A DNA stretch of 64,000 bases, from contig CAWBWQ010000001.1 of NCBI GenBank assembly GCA_963792535.1, forward strand, positions 320,001 to 384,000, in the 5' to 3' direction. This DNA is from an uncultured Phycisphaerales bacterium. GTDB lineage: Bacteria; Planctomycetota; Phycisphaerae; Tepidisphaerales; Tepidisphaeraceae. Within the stretch, counting starts at the first letter, position 1. Every line of letters begins with the position of its first letter. A program made the translations under genes and the position numbers. The notes beneath the pieces are model-generated. The model was not told the DNA's origin and made no database searches. It worked only from the letters and a program-made list of their open reading frames with translations. Shown here in pieces: positions 20,780 to 32,811 of this stretch.

Positions 20780-21806
20780 ATGCCGGGTTATCAATTCAAC
20801 ATGCAGCAAACCCGGCAGGATGTGAACTCGGCGTCGCAGGAGCTTCGAGCCACCGCAATGCAGCAATTACTGCTACAGGCAAGGAAGAATCCGAAGATTC
20901 GCAAAGAAGCTCTGGCAATATTCGAATCGGCGGTGGATCGGCCGACGGATGCCGCAACATCGGTGCTGGCTGCGCGCGGCATCGAGTGCATTTCTGATCC
21001 GACCCAAGCCCGAGCGGCCTGGTCAAAGCTCCTCAATGACCCGGAACCGAAGATCGTTCAGGCAGCGGCGCTGAGTGTGCCCGACCCGTCATACTTTCAG
21101 TTGCTCGTCGACGTATTAAATCAAAGAAAAGAAATCGCAATCCACCGCTCGGTTATTCGCGCTGGGCCGCATGAAAAACCCAGCTGCCATTGCGTGGATT
21201 GTGGAAGATCTGGTTCACTCGGACCTTCGTCCTGACATCATCCTGGCCCTTGAAGAGCTTGGGGACGCGGCAGCGATTATTCATCTGACCCCGCTGCTTT
21301 TGGATACCACCGATGCCTGGGCCGAGGACAACCACGCGCCAGTATCGCGTGTCTGTGATCTGGCTCAGACAGCAATCACTCGCTTAAACAATGCAGCTTC
21401 CTTGCGTGAACAGTTCGATTCCCATTCCCCAATTAACCAGGCGCCTATTGGCGGATTGATCGCGAAACCCGCTGCCTATGGGCCAACCACCACGCAACAA
21501 CCAGGGAAGCGGTCTACGCCAGGCTTTAATTTGCTGCCTTATGTCCCGCTGGCTGCAGCGATTGTCAATGTCGCCTGGTTTGCAGGCCTGATGTTCATCT
21601 GGATCTGCAACGGTCAACGCAGCTTTTCTTTTGCAGAAGAACTCCTCTGCGCGCTCCCTGCGATTGCCGGCTTGTTGATTGGCATCACGCTGATCGCCAC
21701 CCGCATTACACAAAGAGCGGTGGATCTGATCTTCATCTATCTAGGGAGCGTTTGTTGCGCGATCATTGTTTTTTCGTTTACATGGGAAGCGTTTCATCCC
21801 GCCTGA
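20780..21806 (+). CDS. HEAT-repeat protein with three C-terminal TM helices; frameshift ~21160
   Basis: GAGGTG RBS; HEAT-like LLNDPEPKIVQAAA, RALGRMKNPAAI and ALEELGDAAAI; hydrophobic C-terminus. Confidence 0.65.
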
Positions 21807-22048
21807 TCGATCCACTGAAACATTCGTTCGATCAAATCTGGATCGATCGCCTGACGCTTTGTTTCGGGATCAAGCGGGGCGAGCCCGCATGCCTGCAGGA
21901 ACATCCGGGCGTCGTCCACCGAAAACGGGCTGCCCATGCCTTTGCCCGGCTCGTCGGTCAGCGTTCGTTCGAGCCACTTCGCCGTCCAGGTTGGTTTAAC
22001 ACGGCCCTCCGCCAACGGAGAAATCTGAAAGGCCTTTCTGGTCAACAT
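21794..22048 (-). CDS. Small hypothetical protein
   Basis: 84-aa ORF right after the hydrolase on the same strand, with a GGAG-containing leader. Confidence 0.4.
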   Translation of the reverse strand: MLTRKAFQISPLAEGRVKPTWTAKWLERTLTDEPGKGMGSPFSVDDARMFLQACGLAPLDPETKRQAIDPDLIERMFQWIDQAG

Positions 22049-22061
22049 CTCCTGCCTATCT

Positions 22062-22898
22062 TTATGAGGAAAGATCTGCGACCAGCTCCGACTGTGAAAG
22101 ATGCTCGCAGAGCAGGCTGTTCACAGCCGCCGGATCTTGAATTGGTACGCCGTGCGAACGACCCGCTAATTCAACGTATCGAGCACCGGGAATGGCCTCG
22201 GCCATTGCGCGGCCAAGCGCCGGCGGCGCTATCGGATCTTCACTCGCACTTACGACCAGCGTAGGTATCCCGCTTAATTCACCAAGTCGCCCGGAATAGT
22301 TGGCCCCACGCATGCTCTTAAGTTGCTGACTCACAACCGCAGGCTGATCGCCGAGGTCATGACCAAAAAGCGGCTCGAGATCTTTGCCGAGTTTTTCGCA
22401 GTCGACGTTCTTCATACTATCCGCCGGCATGACCAGACGCAGAAACCCTTTTCGTCGCATCGTGCGCGTGCCCAGTTGCGATCGCATACCGAGCCACATC
22501 ATTCTCAAAGTAAGAGGTGCCGCCTTTCGCCCATCCGCGAAGGTGCAAAGCAACGCCAGGCTTCGCACGCGCTGTCTGGATTGCAGTGCAATACACAATG
22601 CGATCAGCCCGCCCAGCGAATGGCCCACGATGTGCGCAGTATCCCAACCCAGGTAATCCATGATCGCAAGCGTATCTTCTGCCATCTGCACAACCGTCAG
22701 CGCCCCGGAACAGGGCTGACTCAATCCCATCCCGCGGTTATCGATCGACAGGCAAGTGTATCTGGCCGACCCTTGTTCAATCTGCGGCAACCATCCATCG
22801 CCATGCACCCCCACGCCCTGAATGAATACAACAGGCGGCCCCGACCCTCGAACGGTGAAAGAAAGCTGGCAATCTTTAAAATTCAGCGATTGACGCAT
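22062..22898 (-). CDS. Alpha/beta hydrolase
   Basis: DNRGMG, GHSLGG nucleophile elbow, D and H triad positions. Confidence 0.88.
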   Translation of the reverse strand: MRQSLNFKDCQLSFTVRGSGPPVVFIQGVGVHGDGWLPQIEQGSARYTCLSIDNRGMGLSQPCSGALTVVQMAEDTLAIMDYLGWDTAHIVGHSLGGLIALCIALQSRQRVRSLALLCTFADGRKAAPLTLRMMWLGMRSQLGTRTMRRKGFLRLVMPADSMKNVDCEKLGKDLEPLFGHDLGDQPAVVSQQLKSMRGANYSGRLGELSGIPTLVVSASEDPIAPPALGRAMAEAIPGARYVELAGRSHGVPIQDPAAVNSLLCEHLSQSELVADLSS

Positions 22899-23062
22899 TG
22901 GACCAACCCTTTGTTGAAGAAGGTCAAAATTGATGTTCTGCAGTGCCCGTTGGGATTATCCCAGGCGCCTGTTTCTAACACCAGTGCGTCGAACGACAAC
23001 ATTCAGGCTAAGAAATTTAAATTCTGCCAACTGCGTTTGAGGGATTTAATCAAATCACGAGT

Positions 23063-24578
23063 TTATTCCGCCTCGGCATTTACCGATTGCGTGACCCGCA
23101 AGCCCGATTCACGAAGCTTGGTCCGTAATGTTTGCCGCGCAATTCCCAGAACCCGCGAAGCGAGATGCTGATTTCCACGCGTATAGGTCAGAACCTCGAT
23201 AAGTGAATGACGATCCACTTCACGGTGGAGGGCCGCATACAACTCCCTGGCATCCGGGGCGAGTCGTTCCCTTAAAAATCCTTTGATATCGAAGTCGCCC
23301 GCCGGTGCCGCCGACGGTTGTGAGGGTTTGGAAGACGTTATGGAAAGTGAAGGAAGGAACTCCGCGAGAAGCAGGTTCCCACTGGCGCGTAAAAGCGCCT
23401 GCTTCATGACGCTTTGCAATTCCCGGATATTTCCGGGCCATGAGTATTGCTGTAACCGCTCCATCGCGTCGGGCGCGATATCGCCGATTTCACGGTTGAG
23501 TTCGCGGCTGTACTTATTCAAGAAATGCCGGATCAACATCGGCAGATCGTCACCGCGTTCGCGCAAGGGCGGCAGGTGGATCGTGAATACACTCAGGCGA
23601 TAATAAAGGTCGGTCCGGAACTTTTCTTCGGCCGACCATGTTTTGAGATCGCGGTGGGTGGCTGCGATCAGTCGAACGTCGGTGTGTATCGTCTGGTTTC
23701 CTCCTACTCGCTCGAATGTCTGCTCCTGAAGAAGTCGCAAAATTTTTGCCTGAAGCGAGATGGGCATGTCTCCGATTTCGTCCAGCAGAATGGTGCCGCC
23801 GCTGAATTGTTCAAATTTACCGATTCGACGGCGATCCGCTCCGCTGAACGCCCCTTTCTCATGCCCGAACAATTCACTTTCCAGAAGATTTTCCGGGATG
23901 GCGGCGCAGTTCAGCGCGAGAAAAGGCGCGTTGGAGCGGGAACTGTGTTGATGGATCGCGCGGGCCACCAGTTCCTTGCCTGTGCCGCTCTCGCCGGTGA
24001 CTAAGACATTGACATCCTGCGCGGCAACCAGGCCGATCGATTTGTAGACATTTCGCATCGCAATAGAACTGCCCGTCAGAATTCCGCCGTCTTCGGCAAG
24101 GCTGGAAGACGCGCCGCCTGAGACGGTCGCTTCGCTTACTCTGGAAATCCGAAGCGCCTCCTCGACCACGCGTCGCAACTGCCGATGGTCGAGCGGTTTG
24201 GATAAGCAGTCATAAGCGCCCTGCTTCATTGCCCGGATCGCCAGATCAGCGCTCAGAGGCGGCGGCGATGAATATGACGGGTATCTGCGGCGCGATGCGA
24301 CGAATCTGGGCCTGTAGATCCAGCGCACATTGGTCGGATAAGGCTGGATCGAGGAGAATTATCTCAGGCTGATCATCGGCAATGCGTTGCATTGCCGCCT
24401 TTGCCGTGCATACCGCTTCCACCCGATAGCTCGCCGCGGGAAATAATTCCCGACACAACCGCAATACCGGAGCAGGATGATCATCAATGATCAACAGGCG
24501 AGCTGTCCGCGCTCCCGCCGGATCATGAAATTCCAAGGCGTCCGTCGAATAATCAGAAGTAGCGATGCAAATGGCCAT
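23063..24578 (-). CDS. Sigma54-dependent response regulator (receiver-AAA+-HTH, NtrC family); frameshift ~24260
   Basis: Receiver LLIIDD...ILLD; GESGTGKE, ESELFGHEKGAFSGA, WPGNIREL, Fis-type HTH. Confidence 0.9.
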
Positions 24579-24755
24579 ATTGCCTTCCCTGTGAGGCGTC
24601 CCTGTGGGGGAGCACTCCAAATATTGGGTTCGTTTCGCGTGCGGGATCGATCGGTTACCGTAAGTAGTGAGCAACTCGCTCAAACCTAACGCCAAAAATC
24701 AAATTTTCCTTTTCTTGTCTTTTCTGTTCTAGGTTGGCGATACGATGCTCGGCAG

Positions 24756-25364
24756 GTGAACATGACAGGCCGATCTAACCAAGTCGACACGCGCATAACA
24801 CTTCTCGGACGACTGCGCGCCACGCCGAATGATCCGGCGGTCTGGTCGGAGTTCGTCGACTGGTACGGGCGGAATATCCACGCCTGGTGTCGGTCGTGGG
24901 GGCTTCAGGAGCAGGACGCGCAGGACGTGACTCAGGAAGTATTTCTGAATCTGTCGGTTCAGATGCACGGATTTTGCTACGACCCCAGCGGTAGTTTCCG
25001 AGCCTGGCTTAAGACACTGACACGCCGTGCGTGGCAGGTATACGTCGTAAAGCAACGCAAGGCGGGTCGCGGCAGTGGCGACGATTCTGAAACGGATCGA
25101 CTCGCCGGTCTGGCCGCCAAAAAGGACTTGACGCAACGATTGGAAGAAGCGTTCGATCAGGAGCTTCTGAAAGAGGCCTCGAATCTCGTTCGCCTGCGCG
25201 TTGACCCGCGAACGTGGGATGCGTTTCATCTTCTCGCATTTGAAGGGCTCACCGGTGCTGAGGTGGCGGAAAAACTGAAGATGAAAATCGCGACGGTTTT
25301 TGTCGCGCGCAGCAAAGTGCAGCGAATGCTGCGGGAAGAACTGGTCCGATTGGATCGCGAGTAA
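24756..25364 (+). CDS. ECF sigma-70 factor (planctomycete kinase-associated type)
   Basis: TRITLLGRLR N-terminus, DAQDVTQEV, GSFRAWL, region 4 HTH. Confidence 0.88.
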   Translation: MNMTGRSNQVDTRITLLGRLRATPNDPAVWSEFVDWYGRNIHAWCRSWGLQEQDAQDVTQEVFLNLSVQMHGFCYDPSGSFRAWLKTLTRRAWQVYVVKQRKAGRGSGDDSETDRLAGLAAKKDLTQRLEEAFDQELLKEASNLVRLRVDPRTWDAFHLLAFEGLTGAEVAEKLKMKIATVFVARSKVQRMLREELVRLDRE

Positions 25365-25385
25365 GCCTGCTTCTGGATGTGGCCC

Positions 25386-28300
25386 ATGAGCAGACAAACC
25401 GCAGGAAAATCGGTTGAGTCAAAAGAACCTCGCATGCCTGCCTGTCCACCCAGAGAAACTCTCGAACGCCTTCTTTTCGAATCGTTGAGCGATGCCGAAC
25501 AAAAGCGGGTCGAGACACATGTCCAAACGTGTCGCAGCTGTCAGGATACGCTGCAGGAACTCACGGGAAACGCAGCAGAATCATCAAATTCCGAGTTGCT
25601 ATCCGCGGTGGAACATGAAACCCAGAAGGGCGGAGAAGGAGATACTGAATTATTCTTCGAGCGGCTGAAACAGATAAAGCCGCCGGGTTCCACGATCGCT
25701 TCGCCCGCCGGCTCAAAGCAGGAGGGCGCACTGGATGACGCCGTGGAGATTGAAGGATACAAGATTCTCGGTGTGCTTGGACGGGGGGCTGCCGGCGTCG
25801 TCTATCGAGCGTGCCATCTTAAGCTGAATCGGCCTGTTGCCTTGAAGGTTATCGTCGCGGGACCGCATCTGTCGCTGGAAGTTCGGCAGCGGTTTCACGT
25901 CGAATCTCAGACGATCGCGCGGTTGCACCATCCGAACATTGTTCAGATTTACGATGTAGGCGAATACGCAAAATGTCCGTTTCTTTCTCTTGAGTTAATG
26001 GAAGGCGGAACGCTCGCGGATCGAATTGCAGGCAAGCCGCAGCCGGCCAGCGAAGCGGCCCGGATTCTTCTCACGCTTACCAACGCTGTCGAATACGCAC
26101 ACCGTCAGGGGGTGGTTCATCGCGATCTCAAGCCGGCCAATGTCCTGCTGAACGTTGTTGCGGATCGCCCTACTAAACGCGAGCTGAAAATCACCGATTT
26201 CGGCATCGCCAAGGTCTTGCCGCGCGCCGACACGGACCACGCCCGGATGACCCAGACCGGTGAAATTCTCGGGACGCCAACCTACATGGCCCCGGAACAG
26301 GCGCGCGGCAACGCAGGCGAGATCTGCCCCGCTACTGACATCTATTCACTGGGCGCCATGCTGTATGAAATGTTGACGGGTCGTCCCCCGTTTCAGGGCG
26401 CGACGCCGCTTGATACATTAATGCAGGCCGCCCATCAGGATCCGGTGCCGGTTTCGCTTCTTGTGCCGCGCGTCCCGCGCGATCTGAACACCATCTGCCT
26501 CAAATGCCTGGAGAAGGACGCGTCCAAGCGCTACACGACGGCAGCGGAGTTGTCCGCTGATCTGCGCCGGTTCTTGAACAACGAGCCGATTCTAGCACGT
26601 CCATTATCCTGGGCCGGCCACAGCGTGCGCTGGATGCGTCGGCATCGGGGGCTGGCGGCTTCTCTTAGTGCGGTGGTCCTTCTGCTCATGCTTCTGGTCG
26701 TCGGCTCATTCGTTGCAACTGCTCACTTTCGCTCCCTGGAACGTCAACAGCGGTCGCTGGCTATGGAAAAGGGGGAACTTGCCGACCAGAAGGAGGTCGA
26801 GCGGGGCAAGGCGGTTATAGCCAGGCAGCATGAAGCGGGGCTTCGAAAAGAGGCAGAAGAGCAGAGTCGAGAACTGCGGCAGAATCTCTATTTCGACCAG
26901 ATGAATCTTGCCGCACACGCGGCTTCGTCGCCCAGTGGGATCGGCCGTGTGAATGAATGGCTCGAACCGTGGGCCAAAGGCAGACCTGATCACAATGATC
27001 CAGACCTTCGCAACTGGGAATGGTATTACCTTGATAGCCTGTGTCACCGCGAGTTGGTCACGCTGCACCTGATCGTAGGAGTCGTCGATGTCGTCTGGAG
27101 CCCCGACGGCACACGGATCGCGTCGGCCTGTTCGGACGGGACGGTCCGAATCTGGAGTCGGACCACAAACGCCGAGATTCGCCGCTTAAACGGTCATGCA
27201 AAAGAGGTGGTCAGAATCGCATGGAGTCCCGAGGGCGGGCGCATCGCATCGGCAAGTTGGGATGGCACTGTAAAAGTATGGGATGTCGAAAACGGCGGAG
27301 AATTACTCACCTTTCGAGGACATGCCGGTAATGTTACCTGCGTCGCATGGAGTCCCGACGGGAAGCGTCTGGCATCCGGCGGTGAGGATAAGACCGTCCA
27401 GATTTGGGATGCGGCGACCGGGCAGAGTCAATCGATACTTCGCGGGCATTCGGAATCTGTTTCCGACGTCTCATGGAGCCCGGATGGGAATGCGATGGCG
27501 TCTTGTGGTGCCGATTTTCAGATCTGCCTATGGAATACACACAGCGCTGCGCTACAGCGAACGCTTCTTGGACACTACAACGGCGTGAACCGGATTGCCT
27601 GGAACCGCGACGGATCAAGACTGGCATCGGCCAGTAACGATGGCACGGTCAAAATCTGGGACCCCGCCACGGGAAATGAAAAAGCGACACTGACCGGGCA
27701 CGCGTTGGGAGTCACGTCAGTCGCGTGGTCGTCTGATGGCACTCGGCTGGCAAGCTGCAGTGGCGATCAGACGGTGAAAATCTGGCGGGCAACCGGAGGC
27801 GCGGAGCTCAATACCTTTCGAGGCCACACGCGTCAGGTAACCGCCGTGGTTTGGAGTCCCGATGGAAAGCAATTGGCTTCATCGAGCTCTGATGCAACAA
27901 TCAAAATCTGGGCTACGACCGACGGAACGGAAGTTACAACGCTTGCGCGTCAATCGTACCCGTTTTCCGCGATTGCGTGGCCCTTCGATAGCCGCCACCT
28001 TGCATCAGCATCGTCCGACAAACTTGTGACGATCTGGGATGTCGCAAGCGCGGGAGCAATTTCTGCTCGAGGGGAACACCGATTGGGTCAACGCGGTCAC
28101 CTACAGTCCGGACCAAACGCGGCTTGCTTCGGCTGGGCGCGACCACACCATTCGGCTGTGGGAAAGCAGCACCGGCAAATTACTCAATTCAATCCCAACC
28201 TCGGAGGTTATTCTTGCCTTGGCTTGGAGCAATGACGGAAAGCAACTTGCATCTGCGGGCCTTGATCGCGCGGTGCGTACGTGGGATGCGACCACAGGGA

Positions 28301-29472
28301 AACTGCTCCGAGTTTATAATGGTCATCAGGCATACGTTGACTCGGTGGCCTGGAGCCCTGACGGCCGATTTATAGCCAGCGCCTCGGCGGATCGCACGGT
28401 TCGTCTATGGGACCCCGCAACCGGGACGGAAATCCGCTCACTCGCGGGGCACGCAGATACGGTTAACAGCATGGCCTGGTCGCCCGATGGGCGATCGTTA
28501 GCATCGGCCAGCGACGACCAGACGCTGATCCTCTGGGATGTGGCAACCGGCCAGTCGACTCTCACTCTGCACGGGCACACGACCCGCGTGACGAGCGTTA
28601 CCTGGAGCCCGGATGGAAAACGCCTTGCCTCGGGAAGCGATGATCACACTGTAAAGTTATGGGATTCAGCGACGGGCCGGGAGGCAATGTCGCTCGACTG
28701 TCATGGAAGCATCGTCCGAGCGGTTGCATGGAGCCCTGATGGCCTGAGCATCGCCGCGGCGACGGAGAATCGCGGCATCCTCGTCTTTGATGCCGCCGCC
28801 GGATATCTGGCAGAGCGTGCGCCGCAATACCTGCCCGAGCTGGATCGCCGCCTTTCCGATAATCCAGCGGATTTGACCAATTGGGAAACTCGGGCCGAAA
28901 TTGACTCGCGCCGGGACGATTGGAATGAGGCCGCGCAGGACGTTCAGCACGTGTTGAAGCTCGACCCTAAACAACTGTGGGCATCGTTTGATTTCTGGGT
29001 GATTGGCCCTTATTCAGACGACCTTAACACCAGCTTCGCACCTGAGACGGATTTTGATCCCGGGCATTTGCTGCCGCAGACGATCGGTTCTGATTCGCCG
29101 GCGGTTTTAAGTTGGCGTAACGTGCCCCAGAGCCCGTCCGGATTCATAGACTTAGGCAGCCTGTTCGGGCACGCGCCGCACATCTCCGCGTATGCCGCCC
29201 AGCGGATTTACTCACCTCAACAGCAGCAAGTTGCCATAATGCTTGGCTCGGACGATCAGGCTCGGCTTTGGCTCAACGGTAAAAAACTGCACGAATACCT
29301 GAATGCCAGACGCGCGGTTCCCGATTCGGACGCTGTTCTCGCCAACTTGTCCGCCGGTTGGAATACACTTCTGGTTCGCGTGGTCAATCAAACCGATGAT
29401 CACGCCCTGTACCTGCGGATATCCAAGGCCGAGGCGGACATCAAACGAGCACATGACGAAGTCGGCAAATAA
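25386..29472 (+). CDS. Ser/Thr kinase with N-terminal HxxxCxxC zinc motif, TM helix, many WD40 repeats and a C-terminal beta-rich domain; frameshift ~28050
   Basis: HVQTCRSC; HRDLKPAN, DFG, YMAPEQ; repeated GH...V..VAWSPDG..LAS...D.TV.IW in both ORFs. Confidence 0.88.
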
Positions 29473-29509
29473 AGCGATTTTAACATTTCAAAATGACTCA
29501 AGCAGTACG

Positions 29510-30379
29510 CTACTGCGCGGGTTCATTGCGACGCCGCACAAACAGACCCGCTGCGACAAGAATCCCCAGTGAGTGGGGCTCTGGAACTGCAACGCTCAAG
29601 GAAATCGGGCCGAACGAGGAGGTTTCCTCATCATGTGCGTCGCGAGTCCGGTATCCAATCTGCGTTCCGCCGAAATCAGAAGTATGCGCGAAATCTTGAA
29701 ACGTTCCTGAGAAGTAGACACTGGGATCCGGCGGAATAGCCGCATCAGCAGGACCCAAGTCTAAAATGGTGATCGAAAATTGAGGGTTCAATCCCGAGCG
29801 GTCTTCGGAGGCCGAGATGCTGTAGTTGTGTCCGAGAGCGGCGGGCCCGGAGATTGCGCCCAGATCTTTGACAATCGCTGTGCTTCCACCTTCATCTCCG
29901 AGCAACTGACTTCCCGTTTCAGCAAGCAGAACAAAGTCATTATTTGCCCCGGTGAAATCGGTAATGAGATATCCGCCCGCGCTAACACTGCCGCTGAGAA
30001 CAACACCGGGTTGGGCGGTGTTGCCAGCGGGGATGTCATCTATCTTTGCGTTTATCGTAAACCGGGACAACCCGGCGGTGTTGCCCAAACTCGCGGTTGT
30101 TCCGTTCGTCAGCAGGACGCTCGACGAGTAATAATAACTGTCGCCAATTGCCGGAGGATCTTGAGAGACACGCGTGTAGTTGAGCGTACCTCCACCGGAT
30201 GTCCACGTGCCCAACGAGTTTTCATCCGATGCCGAGTAATTCCCCACGGGGTGGAGCGCAGTGTATGTGCTGGGAGTCACGAAATTGTCGGCAAACGCTG
30301 GATCGGCGCGTGCAGACTGCACAATGCCCATGAGCGCGAAAGTGATGGTCGCAATTGCGGTTCGTTTGTGACCAGGCAT
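29510..30379 (-). CDS. PEP-CTERM sorting-domain protein
   Basis: Signal peptide and C-terminal VPEPHSLGILVAAGLFVRRR. Confidence 0.85.
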   Translation of the reverse strand: MPGHKRTAIATITFALMGIVQSARADPAFADNFVTPSTYTALHPVGNYSASDENSLGTWTSGGGTLNYTRVSQDPPAIGDSYYYSSSVLLTNGTTASLGNTAGLSRFTINAKIDDIPAGNTAQPGVVLSGSVSAGGYLITDFTGANNDFVLLAETGSQLLGDEGGSTAIVKDLGAISGPAALGHNYSISASEDRSGLNPQFSITILDLGPADAAIPPDPSVYFSGTFQDFAHTSDFGGTQIGYRTRDAHDEETSSFGPISLSVAVPEPHSLGILVAAGLFVRRRNEPAQ

Positions 30380-30518
30380 GTCCCACCTCAAAAGCCGAGC
30401 AAGTGACGGCAGACAGCAATCCCCCTGCAGGCGTGAAAGGTAAACACAACTGAGGGGAGCGTGAGAAATTAGTCGCTCATGCAGTTTTGTCAATGTTAAT
30501 ATATTGCCATTGATCTCC

Positions 30519-30555
30519 TGGCAATATTGTTGCCAGCGTGGCAAAAAAATTGCCA
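30519..30555. promoter_or_regulatory. Tandem palindromes TGGCAA-N5-TTGCCA (candidate enhancer or operator sites)
   Basis: TGGCAATATTGTTGCCA (30519-30535) and TGGCAAAAAAATTGCCA (30539-30555), plus a half-site ending at 30509. Confidence 0.65.
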
Positions 30556-30618
30556 GCCGGGCTGGTACACGCGCGTCGTTAGTCGATCTGGCTGTGCTTC
30601 AGCAGTGTGCCCGCCCCA

Positions 30619-30633
30619 CGGCATCAAACTTGC
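30619..30633 (+). promoter_or_regulatory. Putative sigma54 -24/-12 promoter
   Basis: CGGCATCAAACTTGC (GG-N10-GC) upstream of the prepilin-type gene. Confidence 0.5.
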
Positions 30634-30753
30634 GATTGCGAAGTTCTGAACGCAGTTTTGAAATTGGGGAGTCGCATTTTCCTTGATTTTTTGGGCCGAT
30701 TGGGCACTGTTAATACAGCCCGATGATGCCTTGGCAGTAAACCACGGGATAAC

Positions 30754-31717
30754 GGTGAACACTTCCATACCGAAAAATAAGCAATTCCAAGGCCTGAACT
30801 ACGGATTTACGCTGGTCGAATTGCTCATTGTGATCGGAATCATTGCGCTGCTCATCGCGTTGCTGCTGCCGGTAGTCTCCCGCGCGAGGCAAAGTGCGCA
30901 GAGCGTCAAGTGCGCCGCCAAACTCCATACACTCGGGCAACTGCTTGTGCTGCATGCAAATGATCACAAAGGGTACCTGCCGCTTGCGGGCAATATCGTT
31001 CCAGGCACGGACCTGACCGGCATTGACGATTCGCAATCTCTTGGCGATGAAACAAAGCAGAGATACGTTTACTACGAGAACACGCCCGGGCAATGCCGCG
31101 TGACAGCTTTGCCGGCAGCGCTCGCGCCTTATATAGGCAATCAATCCGTGCGCGACGACTCCTGGCAGAACGTAGAAACCGACATCGGTACGGGTCAGAT
31201 TCAGGAAGCTTTCGTGTGCCCGCTGGATGAGAAGACACTCGATCGCAGTTACGGGGCACAGCAGTGGATCCGCAATTACGCCGGCAGCAGCGAGGACGAA
31301 ACCTTCCTGACCGGGTGGTCGAGCTACGGTGTTAATTCTGAAGTCTTCGGATGGACAGACGCCGGCGTCAACGGAACAACTGGCCACTCGCGTGCGCGAG
31401 GCAATATCGCGGGCATTCCGCACTCGAGCGAAACGATGCTCATGTGTGACACCAGTGCGGCGATCGAAATCTGGGTGCTCGCGCCGCAGCTTTCTCTTGG
31501 CGATGTCTATCTTGGGACGGGCGGAACTGTTGGCGGCGATGTGTTCGACCTCAAGCGGCACCGCGGTCGAATGAACATTCTTTTCGTCGACGGCCACGTC
31601 GATAGCCCCGCCATCCTCAGCACCGGCGCCACCTCATCCGCTGCACCGATAGGTTCACCCACCAATTCACCGTCCGGCGCACTCATGAGCGTGTCTATGG
31701 ACAAAGATTTCCGCTGA
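30754..31717 (+). CDS. Prepilin-type N-terminal cleavage/methylation protein with H-X9-DG motif (DUF1559-like)
   Basis: GFTLVELLIVIGIIALLIALLLP and RHRGRMNILFVDGHV. Confidence 0.9.
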
Positions 31718-31848
31718 TCAATTCCGTCGACTGCAATTCCATTTCACCCAGGCAAACAACTTGCCCGATTGAAATCCTTTCATCGAAATCATTGTCATCA
31801 CAAGCGTGATACTGGCCGTAAAACCGTGCCTATTGCGTTTCCCGCGGA

Positions 31849-31863
31849 TGGCACCTTGCTTGC
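31849..31863 (+). promoter_or_regulatory. Sigma54 -24/-12 promoter upstream of dps and the hydratase cluster
   Basis: TGGCACCTTGCTTGC is a perfect TGGCAC-N5-TTGC; a GGCAA-N5-TTGCC palindrome lies upstream at 31751-31765. Confidence 0.7.
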
Positions 31864-31877
31864 GATGAAGCATGTTC

Positions 31878-32411
31878 ATGATGAACACGCTTACAAAACC
31901 CCTTGAACTCCACACCGCCGCCGTCCTGCAAACACCGTCGGATTTGATGACCGGCGGTGTCGCCGAAGTATCGGTTGTCCTCCGACAGCTTCTCGCGGAT
32001 GTGTTTGTCCTGTACGTGAAGACAAAGAACTTTCACTGGCACATGAGCGGTCCGCACTTTCGCGATTACCACCTGCTGCTGGATGAGCAGGCGCAGCAGA
32101 TCTTCGCCACGACAGACGATGTTGCCGAGCGTGCGAGAAAGATTGGCGGCGTCACGCTGCGTTCGGTCGGTGACATCGCACGTCATCAGCGGCTCGCGGA
32201 CAACGATCGGCCGAGCGTCACGCCGCACGCGATGCTTACCGAACTCGCCGAGGATAACGTGACACTCACGCGGTTTCTTCGCGGCGCGCATGAATTGTGC
32301 GACACCCACAACGATTTTGCGACGACAAGCCTGATCGACAACTGGATCGACCAGGCCGAGCGACGCACCTGGTTTCTCTGGGAAACTTTACGGTCTGTCA
32401 CAGGCGGCTGA
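31878..32411 (+). CDS. dps: Dps / DNA starvation-stationary phase ferritin-like protein
   Basis: LYVKTKNFHWHMSGPHFRDYHLLLDEQ, D.VAERARKIGG, ERRTWFL. Confidence 0.93.
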   Translation: MMNTLTKPLELHTAAVLQTPSDLMTGGVAEVSVVLRQLLADVFVLYVKTKNFHWHMSGPHFRDYHLLLDEQAQQIFATTDDVAERARKIGGVTLRSVGDIARHQRLADNDRPSVTPHAMLTELAEDNVTLTRFLRGAHELCDTHNDFATTSLIDNWIDQAERRTWFLWETLRSVTGG

Positions 32412-32441
32412 TGCCCATTCCTATTTTTAGAAAGCGATCCA

Positions 32442-32786
32442 ATGATAAGTGTAACTTCCAAGGCCGAGCCGAAACTCGCGGTGGTTAAGAGCCCCGGCGA
32501 AGAACCTTTGTTTCGAGCCGGCGATCAAGTGAAGGTCTCGATCCGCTATCCTGTGGGGCACTACCGCGTTCCCCGATACGTGCGTGGAAAACACGCCGTG
32601 GTGGAATCGGTGATCGAGCCGCCCGCGGTAAACAACGAGGAAGAGGGGTTTGGTCGAAACGCCGGCTCGAAGCGGCATTATTACCGCGTCGCCATTCCCA
32701 TGTCAGCACTTTGGATCGGATACATCGGCGCGGCCGAAGACAACCTTCGCATTGAAATTTACGAGAGCTGGCTCGAACCCATTTGA
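32442..32786 (+). CDS. Nitrile hydratase beta C-terminal (SH3-like) / thiocyanate hydrolase alpha-like subunit
   Basis: F.AGDQV.V.....GHYRVPRYVRGK...YRV.....LW......D...EIYESWLE. Confidence 0.85.
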   Translation: MISVTSKAEPKLAVVKSPGEEPLFRAGDQVKVSIRYPVGHYRVPRYVRGKHAVVESVIEPPAVNNEEEGFGRNAGSKRHYYRVAIPMSALWIGYIGAAEDNLRIEIYESWLEPI

Positions 32787-32811
32787 ACTTTAGAAAGCAA
32801 AGGAAACACCC

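Noticed and set aside
22323..23171. Long antisense ORFs (this one, 30710-31597, 37161-37988, 24729-25397, 60107-60811 and others)
   Set aside because: They are shadows of well-supported genes on the opposite strand in GC-rich DNA and have no motifs.
27060..28800. Hypervariable, recombining WD40 repeat array
   Set aside because: The repeats are diverged at the nucleotide level, as in ordinary planctomycete kinase-WD40 proteins.
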